DNA of 32,000 bases, taken from NCBI GenBank assembly GCA_964648855.1, contig CAZYLT010000005.1, positions 30,001-62,000 of the forward strand, given 5' to 3'. Positions 8,287-14,741 of the stretch are shown piece by piece. This DNA comes from an uncultured archaeon. Lineage in GTDB: Archaea; Asgardarchaeota; Thorarchaeia; Thorarchaeales; Thorarchaeaceae. The position numbers and the translations under genes are program-made. The notes beneath the pieces were generated by a model. It ran no database searches and was not told the origin of the DNA. It saw nothing but the letters and a program-made list of their open reading frames with translations. The stretch's first letter is position 1. Every line of letters starts with the position of its first letter.

Positions 8287-8802
8287 ATGCAGATTGAAAC
8301 TATCCTAGAAACTTTGCTCACTCCCCCCGTTGTTTATGTTCTGTTTCTCATTATTGTCACCGTCATTGCAATTGTCGGGCGGAGCGTTCGTAGGCGAAGG
8401 GCTATGGATCCAAGAATCAGGCAAATTGACAAATTACAGTCTGCAATTCAAAAAGATAAGGATCCACCTGCACTACAAGTAAAAACAAGACAAGACATTA
8501 TAACCGAGATATTTGAAAAGAAAATGAATGCTGTCGGCATGACCCCTTCAGAAGATTCAGGGTATATCCCCACATCTCAAACGCCTCTCGCCAATTATCT
8601 CAAGAAATACAATATTTCTGATGATATTATTGATGCAATTCAAACAGGGCTTGATGAAGAAGAATCCGAGGCGGCTGTTCGTGGAATAATTAGAGCTGCA
8701 GCTGATACACCTGACGTAAACCTAGATGGAATCTTCTTGGAGAAGGCTGAAGAAATAGCTGTTGAAGAGTGGAAACGCAGGAAAGGCACAATGTTTCGTT
8801 AG
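8287..8802 (+). CDS. Single-pass membrane-anchored hypothetical protein
   Basis: N-terminal hydrophobic helix VVYVLFLIIVTVIAIVG followed by RSVRRRR (positive-inside), then a soluble helical domain. Confidence 0.8.
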   Translation: MQIETILETLLTPPVVYVLFLIIVTVIAIVGRSVRRRRAMDPRIRQIDKLQSAIQKDKDPPALQVKTRQDIITEIFEKKMNAVGMTPSEDSGYIPTSQTPLANYLKKYNISDDIIDAIQTGLDEEESEAAVRGIIRAAADTPDVNLDGIFLEKAEEIAVEEWKRRKGTMFR

Positions 8803-8814
8803 GTGAACAAAATA

Positions 8815-9537
8815 ATGACTGACCTGGTCTACATGCGCGATAATTATGTGAAAGAATTTGAAGCAGTCGTTAAGACGGTTACCAAGGACTCAATTATCAC
8901 TGACCGAAGCGCCTTCTATCCTGAAGGCGGTGGTCAAGTCGGAGACAAAGGCTTCTTCGAGAACAGTGATTCTAGGATGGAAGTGGTGGATACTAAGCGA
9001 AGGAATCGTGAAGTACACCATATCTCGAAAGATGAGGTCCCTTTTGATCCTGAAGATAAGGTGCGGGGCGTTCTCGATTGGGACCGAAGATTTGAGCTCA
9101 TGCGGTTTCATACTGCACAGCACCTGATATCTCGCTATCTCCAAGTGAATTATGACTTGGAAACAGTTGGCAATCAGATTAAACCTGGTCAAAGCAGAGC
9201 GGACTATTCTCCCATAGATGAATTCACTGATGAAATGATTGTGGATTTAGAGAAAGGGATTGGGGACCTAGTGAGTGAAGAACTGGATGTGGAAATTGAA
9301 TTTATGCCTCGCGAAAAGGCGATTGAGTTCCTTGAAGAGAGAGGCTATCAGACACGGTATTTGGATATGGTGCCCAAATCAGTGAAGCAATTCAGGATTC
9401 TTCTCATTGGTGACTATGACGCTTCATCATGCGCTGGCACACATGTCCGAAACACCCGTGAAATTGGCGGTATCGCCATCGATAAAACGAAAAATGTTGG
9501 GTCCGGCAAGCAAAGAATCTACTTCTCACTAACTTGA
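8815..9537 (+). CDS. alaX: Alanyl-tRNA editing protein AlaX-M
   Basis: FYPEGGGQVGDKG, DWDRR..LMRFHTAQHL (HxxxH), CAGTHV (CxxxH); AGGTGA SD at 8801-8806 supports ATG 8815. Confidence 0.92.
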   Translation: MTDLVYMRDNYVKEFEAVVKTVTKDSIITDRSAFYPEGGGQVGDKGFFENSDSRMEVVDTKRRNREVHHISKDEVPFDPEDKVRGVLDWDRRFELMRFHTAQHLISRYLQVNYDLETVGNQIKPGQSRADYSPIDEFTDEMIVDLEKGIGDLVSEELDVEIEFMPREKAIEFLEERGYQTRYLDMVPKSVKQFRILLIGDYDASSCAGTHVRNTREIGGIAIDKTKNVGSGKQRIYFSLT

Positions 9538-9606
9538 AAAGGGATAGGTATTCGCTTTGCCAATATCTTTAACCGAGTATATGATTCATACCTAGGTGTG
9601 ACACCA

Positions 9607-10899
9607 ATGAAGGCTCTTGTATTGACTGCTGGAAAAGGGAGAAGACTCCGTCCACTCACAACTGGCCGGTCGAAATCAATGCTAATGCTTGCAGGCCGAC
9701 CCGTTCTAGACTACATATTGAGCAGTTTAGAAGAACATGGAATCAATGATGTTGTTGTGGTTGTTGGTCACGGTCGTGAAGAGATAATCGACCATTTCCA
9801 GCATGGCGGCGACCGCGGCCTCAAAATTCGATATGTAATCCAGCATGAACAGAAGGGCGTAGAACATGCTATTCTAACTGCCCGTGATGAAATTGAAGAT
9901 GGCGAACAATTCCTACTTGTAAATGGTGACGTTCTTGTGGAGCCTGATATGGTAAAGCGTACCATAACTAACCACAAAAACATGAACGCTGACATTACGA
10001 TGCTTGTCACACTGGTTCCAAACCCTGAGCAATTTGGCACCGTAAGGATAGGCAAGAACGGTGTAGTGGAACAGCTTGTGGAGAAGGGTGGACCAGATAG
10101 GTATGTAAGCAATTATGCAGTTGCAGGTGTATCTGTATTTAGCACTGACGTCCTTCCTGTTTTGGAGGAAAAAGGAACAATGGAGAAGACTGTAGAAACT
10201 ATGATTTCCTCCGGGAAGAAGGTTGCTGCTGTTGTGTGGGAAAAGGAATGGGCCGAATTCACTTGGCCTTGGGACATTCTCAAAGCTAATCGGATAATAA
10301 TGGACCGCGAGCTTCGGGGAAGAGGCAGCTTCATAGCAGAATCGGCAAGAGTGCATAATACTGTGGTTCTGGAGGGCCCTGTTTACATTGACGAAGAAGC
10401 AGTTATACGGCCGGGCACTACTGTCAGAGGTCCTGTGTACATTGGAAAGAAAGTCTATGTCGGCAACAATTCTCTGGTTCGTGACTATACTTGCCTTTGT
10501 GATGGTGTCCATATAGGCTATGCAGTAGAAGTGCGCAATAGCATGGTATTCAATGGTGTGGATGTTGGGCGAATGACCTACCTAGCGGATTCAATAGTCG
10601 GTGTAGATTCTTGCATAGAAGCGGGCGCACAGATGTGGAATTGGCGACCGGGCAATGAACCGCTATATCTTGAGGAAAATGGCGATAGGATTAAGATTCC
10701 ACTAAAGAAATTCGGGGCAGTCATAGGTGACAATGTTGTCATCGGTGTCAATTCATCAATCTATCCCGCGAAGAGACTAGGTGGAAATAGCGTCATTGCT
10801 CCAGGATGCATAGTTGACAGGGATATCCCTCCAAAAAGTGCGGTTTCAACGAAGCAAGAACTCGTCATTTCTGAACTTGACGAAACAAAATCCTGTTAG
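9607..10899 (+). CDS. Bifunctional sugar-1-phosphate nucleotidyltransferase/acetyltransferase (archaeal GlmU-like)
   Basis: LTAGKGRRLRPLT..RSK.ML, NGD, EK motif; C-terminal hexapeptide left-handed beta-helix repeats ending KFGAVIGD. Confidence 0.88.
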   Translation: MKALVLTAGKGRRLRPLTTGRSKSMLMLAGRPVLDYILSSLEEHGINDVVVVVGHGREEIIDHFQHGGDRGLKIRYVIQHEQKGVEHAILTARDEIEDGEQFLLVNGDVLVEPDMVKRTITNHKNMNADITMLVTLVPNPEQFGTVRIGKNGVVEQLVEKGGPDRYVSNYAVAGVSVFSTDVLPVLEEKGTMEKTVETMISSGKKVAAVVWEKEWAEFTWPWDILKANRIIMDRELRGRGSFIAESARVHNTVVLEGPVYIDEEAVIRPGTTVRGPVYIGKKVYVGNNSLVRDYTCLCDGVHIGYAVEVRNSMVFNGVDVGRMTYLADSIVGVDSCIEAGAQMWNWRPGNEPLYLEENGDRIKIPLKKFGAVIGDNVVIGVNSSIYPAKRLGGNSVIAPGCIVDRDIPPKSAVSTKQELVISELDETKSC

Positions 10900-10933
10900 A
10901 GCACTAATCAGACGCGATAGGTTCTCCTAACGT

Positions 10934-11803
10934 ATGAGCATCTTTAAAAGCCAAACTCGAGAGCTTCGCGATGACCCGGGAAAAACACCTAGGAGAGTAA
11001 TGACTATTAGCCGGAAGAAATGGGGCAAATCAGCAGCTAAGACAGAACGTGTCATTAGAGATGCTGTGCCTAAAGAAGAAGTCCTGGACGAGATAAATGA
11101 ATACCTGAAGAATGCCAAGTCGGTCACAAGATTTGACCTTGCAAACAAGTTTGGTATCAGGGCTAGCGTTGCAAAAAGGATTTTGAAAGAGCATGAGCAT
11201 GAAGGACGCCTGATTCCATATATCCGTGAGAGTGGCTTTGTTGTCTACACCACTCCTGAGGAGATGGAAAAACGTGAGCGCGGAGTACCCATCATGACTC
11301 AGGATGTTCTCGAAGAAGTTGCTGCTTCAACTCCCAAAGAATCTGTAATTGATGAGGAAATGGAGGCGGCATTGGCTGCGGCATCATCCGTGGGACCGGT
11401 AAAGCCCAGCAAATTAGCAAGAAAGAGAAGAGAAGCTGGTGAGAAAAAGGAGCGGAAGGATGTTCGTCCTGAAGTTGTTGTAGAGCCATTAGAGGAAGAA
11501 CCTACTCCCGAACCTGAGAAGGAGCCCAAGAAGGAACCTGAGAAGGAGCCCAAGAAGGAACCCAAGAAGGAACCTGAAAAGGAACCTGTGAAGAAGATGG
11601 AGAAGCCAACTCTTCAAGATATTGATGGCATTGGACCCAAAACTGCAGAGGGCCTAAAAGCGGCCGGGGCACCGACTGTATACCGTCTATCTACAAAGGA
11701 TCCCGAAGAACTCTCCGAGAAGGTTGACGGCTTGGGACTAAAAACTGCAGAAAAAATCATTGAAACTGCAGACAAATTATGGACCAAATACAAAAATCAA
11801 TGA
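10934..11803 (+). CDS. rps25e: Ribosomal protein eS25 with a long low-complexity linker and C-terminal helix-hairpin-helix domain
   Basis: KKWGK...K.VT.FDLA.KFGIRASVAKRILKE...EG.L......VVYT resembles the eS25 winged helix; C-terminal LQDIDGIGPKTAEGL and VDGLGLKTAEKII are tandem HhH motifs. Confidence 0.75.
   Translation: MSIFKSQTRELRDDPGKTPRRVMTISRKKWGKSAAKTERVIRDAVPKEEVLDEINEYLKNAKSVTRFDLANKFGIRASVAKRILKEHEHEGRLIPYIRESGFVVYTTPEEMEKRERGVPIMTQDVLEEVAASTPKESVIDEEMEAALAAASSVGPVKPSKLARKRREAGEKKERKDVRPEVVVEPLEEEPTPEPEKEPKKEPEKEPKKEPKKEPEKEPVKKMEKPTLQDIDGIGPKTAEGLKAAGAPTVYRLSTKDPEELSEKVDGLGLKTAEKIIETADKLWTKYKNQ
11510..11593 (+). repeat. Coding tandem repeat, 7 x 12 nt (EPEK/EPKK)
   Basis: gaacctgagaag gagcccaagaag gaacctgagaag gagcccaagaag gaacccaagaag gaacctgaaaag gaacctgtgaag. 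Confidence 0.95.
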
Positions 11804-11838
11804 GATTTGTCTTGGGCAGAGATTTATGGATACTTTGT

Positions 11839-11870
11839 GAAAGGAGGGAGGATTCTCCTCCCATCCCTTC
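11839..11870. terminator. Stem-loop between convergent genes (possible bidirectional terminator or 3' stabiliser)
   Basis: GGGAGGA-ttc-TCCTCCC perfect 7-bp stem (11846-11862), extended imperfectly by GAAAGGA/TCCCTTC. Confidence 0.55.
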
Positions 11871-11880
11871 TAATGAGCTT

Positions 11881-12546
11881 TCATCTCAGCTCGGCTATTT
11901 GCTTATCAACATCTTCGAGCTGCGTATCCAATTCTGCTTCCTTTGACTTGTACTCCTCTTCCGGAATATAGCCTCTCATGTAATCGAACCGAAGATCTGT
12001 AAGAGCAGCTTTCAGACGGTCCTTCTGTTGCAGAAGGAAATCAAGCTGATCATCGCCTTCTTCTGTTGGCTCTTCAGGTACTGTGTCTGGAATCGCCTCA
12101 GGCTCTGCTATGGCTTCGGGTTCGGAAGGAGCCATGCTTTCAGGCTCAGAAGTAATTTCCGGTTCAAGCTCTGATTCTGGCTCGGGTTGAGAAACAGGAA
12201 CAGGTTCAGGCTCAATAGGAGTTACGGGTTCAGAAGTAATCTCTGGTTCTGGTTCCGGCTCAGGTGCAGGTTCTGCAGCTGGTTCTGGCTCCGGCGCAGG
12301 TTCTGCTTCTGTGGATGTTGTGCCGGTCGGTTTAACACTCTCCATCTGTTCCATGTTTTTTCGTAGCTGGTCTATCTGGTTAGCAATCTCTCCAAAACTA
12401 TCATTTATTGTCTGGTTGATATTCATCTTCATTTTTGTCAAGTTCTCAGCCAGCTCATCTGCCAGTTTCTTTGTTTCAGATACTTTACTGGCAAAATTCT
12501 TGATTGATTCCAATTGTTCCAACATTTCGCTAATATCAAATGACAT
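11881..12546 (-). CDS. Coiled-coil / Pro-Glu-rich linker / C-terminal helical-hairpin protein (steadiness-box- or SHOCT-like)
   Basis: Heptad-rich N-terminus, about 95-aa EPEP linker, C-terminal L..L..DYMRGYIPEEEY..KEAEL hairpin; AGGTGA SD supports ATG 12546. Confidence 0.75.
   Translation of the reverse strand: MSFDISEMLEQLESIKNFASKVSETKKLADELAENLTKMKMNINQTINDSFGEIANQIDQLRKNMEQMESVKPTGTTSTEAEPAPEPEPAAEPAPEPEPEPEITSEPVTPIEPEPVPVSQPEPESELEPEITSEPESMAPSEPEAIAEPEAIPDTVPEEPTEEGDDQLDFLLQQKDRLKAALTDLRFDYMRGYIPEEEYKSKEAELDTQLEDVDKQIAELR
12143..12249 (-). repeat. Dispersed 23-nt duplication within the Pro/Glu linker (EPEITSEP x2)
   Basis: ggctcagaagtaatttccggttc (12143-12165) and ggttcagaagtaatctctggttc (12227-12249), 3 mismatches. 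Confidence 0.8.
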
Positions 12547-12643
12547 TTTACTCACCTAGTTCTGAAGCCGTCATCTCATAGATTCTCTGCATGTTCTTAA
12601 CCTTTGTCGTGACTGACTCAACGCCCATAGCACCCGTACTATC

Positions 12644-13504
12644 CTAATTCTCCTTCTTGTCCGACTTCCCCTCTAGAATTGCTTTCCTGATAATCTGAAT
12701 CAGCCTATCTCGGTAAGAAACGTCTATAGCAACTAGTTCGTATGTCGATACGCCGAGAATCTGACCAACTCTTTCGGGTGTCAGAGCCGTAGGGAGGTCC
12801 TGCTTGTTGGCTATGCCAATTAGTTTTGCATCCGGGACTTCTTCCTTTACCAAAGAAACGAGTTTCTTGCTTCTCAATACGTTTTCTAGGGTGCTGTCAG
12901 TTACAACAACAACAACCTGTGCATTTGCTATCATCTTTGCCCAGAGAATACTGAACCTTGATTGTCCAGCCAAGTCCCATAAAACAATGTTGGCATTTTC
13001 GACCTCTTCGGGCAGTTTCTTGATACTAACACCGATTGTAGGATCATGCACCAGTGGCAACGTTTCTCCTCTGAGAAGCCGCAAAGTGGTTGTTTTCCCA
13101 ACACCTGCATATCCTAGGATTGCGACTTTAACCATGGTGACCGCAATCTCATCAACCTTTTCGCCAAATCCGTCGAGAGGCTGATGTTCCCTTGCCAAGT
13201 CAATGTACTGGTTGACAAAGAGGTCAATTAGCTGGCTGATTTTTTCTTCTATCTGCTCAGCATCATCTGCTTTATCTGCGATGAAAACAAAAGTGAACTC
13301 TTCCCTAATTGCATAGAAGAATCTGGATACCGAGAGATTCATAAATTCAGGCTTTTCATCCAAATCAACTGAATTAAGAAATTCGGTTAGACCGATTAAG
13401 AACTCGATTAGGCTGTTCTTGGATTCCACTTGTGTATATTCTTTGGAAAAAACGATATTGCCATCGCTTTCCAGTACATAGACGCTTCTAATCAACAGGC
13501 TCAC
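12644..13504 (-). CDS. Longin-domain / Ras-superfamily (Arf-like) small GTPase fusion
   Basis: N-terminal IRSVYVLESDGNIVFSKEY...FFYAIREEFTFVFIAD longin pattern; G1 GYAGVGKTT, G2 PTIG, G3 WDLAGQ, G4 ANKQDLP; true start may be TTG 13495. Confidence 0.9.
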   Translation of the reverse strand: MSLLIRSVYVLESDGNIVFSKEYTQVESKNSLIEFLIGLTEFLNSVDLDEKPEFMNLSVSRFFYAIREEFTFVFIADKADDAEQIEEKISQLIDLFVNQYIDLAREHQPLDGFGEKVDEIAVTMVKVAILGYAGVGKTTTLRLLRGETLPLVHDPTIGVSIKKLPEEVENANIVLWDLAGQSRFSILWAKMIANAQVVVVVTDSTLENVLRSKKLVSLVKEEVPDAKLIGIANKQDLPTALTPERVGQILGVSTYELVAIDVSYRDRLIQIIRKAILEGKSDKKEN

Positions 13505-14603
13505 CCCAATGTTGGGTTAAGAGTTCCAAGTATCTTGCTGCTATATCTGAAGCTACTTCCTTATCAAGCAATTTGCGAGATATGACTGCTAACGCGTAAA
13601 TCGGCATGAATGACTCAATTGTGGGATTAGTGATGAGTGCCCAGAGACCCTCATGCTCGAAAAAGGTAACCACCCTATTCGATTGAAGGTCCCAAAGAGA
13701 TGACTGAACTACCGATTCAGGAAAGGCGGTATTTTCTGATATTTGTTTAACCGACATTGGTTTCTCCCTGAGACTACTTAGAACAACGTAGTCAATGCTA
13801 TCAGCCAAGATTGATGCTATAATCTTTCTATCTTCTATTATGGGTGAATTTGAATCTTCCACAGGAATTGTTGGGTTGTAGCCCTTTTCAGGCGGAGGCG
13901 GTGAAAAGAACTTCTTTACCGATTGCCGATATTTCTCGATTGAATCGGGATATTCTACGCTTGCAGTTTGGAGCGACTCGATAGGTGGGGCTCTATAGCA
14001 AAAGATGTCCTTCAGAAAAAAGACTGTTTCTTGTGTCTTCTTTACAATTTCAACTTTGGCCAGACCATTGTTGATTAAGGGTGCGAAAGCATCTCGAATG
14101 TTGATATCATCACTCTGGGTTTGTCCCTTCAACCACATGGAGAGCTTTGCTGCGGTTTGGATGGATTCCTGCTGCATATTTTCAAGGACCAATGCTGTGG
14201 ACGGAGTCAAGAACACTTCTGCAGTCCGTTGTTCCTCTGTTCTCTCTGGAAGAACACTCTTCTTTCTCAGAATCTCTCCAAGGTCAACCAATTCCGGATT
14301 TCTGTTCAATAATTCAAGAATCAATCTTCCCATGCCTCTCACCAATCCTCTTACTTGGTCAGGAGTAGTTTCCTCGGATAAAGCGAAACAGACAGTCGTT
14401 TCAGGATGGTCAAGTAGTTTGAATGAGAGGACTCTTAGTTCATCTATCTCTGAAAACTTGATTTGTTCTTTCTTACCCTTCTGCTGGTCAAAAAAGACAA
14501 GATTGAGAATTTTCTCATTCAGAGATAGACCCGGTGGGTATCTCTTCTCAACTAAGAACCCCTGAAAATCATCTAAGCGTACCACAAAGATAGCATCAAT
14601 CAT
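13488..14603 (-). CDS. uDENN/longin-like N-terminal domain protein with winged-helix domains
   Basis: N-terminus IDAIFVVRLDDFQGFLVEKRYP fits the uDENN/NPR2-type I..I...hD...G..h...YP pattern; C-terminal VLSSLREKPMSVKQISENTAFPESVVQSSLWDLQSNRVV is a wHTH; overlaps the GTPase start. Confidence 0.65.
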   Translation of the reverse strand: MIDAIFVVRLDDFQGFLVEKRYPPGLSLNEKILNLVFFDQQKGKKEQIKFSEIDELRVLSFKLLDHPETTVCFALSEETTPDQVRGLVRGMGRLILELLNRNPELVDLGEILRKKSVLPERTEEQRTAEVFLTPSTALVLENMQQESIQTAAKLSMWLKGQTQSDDINIRDAFAPLINNGLAKVEIVKKTQETVFFLKDIFCYRAPPIESLQTASVEYPDSIEKYRQSVKKFFSPPPPEKGYNPTIPVEDSNSPIIEDRKIIASILADSIDYVVLSSLREKPMSVKQISENTAFPESVVQSSLWDLQSNRVVTFFEHEGLWALITNPTIESFMPIYALAVISRKLLDKEVASDIAARYLELLTQHWGEPVD

Positions 14604-14741
14604 TTGAGTTCCCTGCTTTCGAGAGGTTGCTTAATGATAAATATTTGTCCTCCATCTCTACAGTCTAGTTATCTATTGCTTATATCTTTGCGCGCTAGAA
14701 AGTGTGAAAAGGAAACAAACCAACATGAGGACCGAAGGAAC
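14604..14741. promoter_or_regulatory. Divergent promoter region between the uDENN-GTPase genes and the ESCRT-II-like gene
   Basis: 138-nt AT-rich gap with TATA-like elements (ttaatgataaatattt, cttatatc) between head-to-head genes. Confidence 0.45.

Noticed and set aside
11510-11593. Tandem repeat as a CRISPR array
   Set aside because: 12-nt in-frame coding units with no spacers and no cas genes
11801-11883. Hairpin between two TGA-terminated genes as a SECIS element
   Set aside because: No recognisable SECIS core, and both TGAs fall at natural domain ends rather than at Cys-equivalent positions
14604-14741. 46-codon N-terminal extension of the ESCRT-II-like ORF from TTG 14604
   Set aside because: It would leave no room for divergent promoters and has non-protein-like composition; ATG 14742 is preferred
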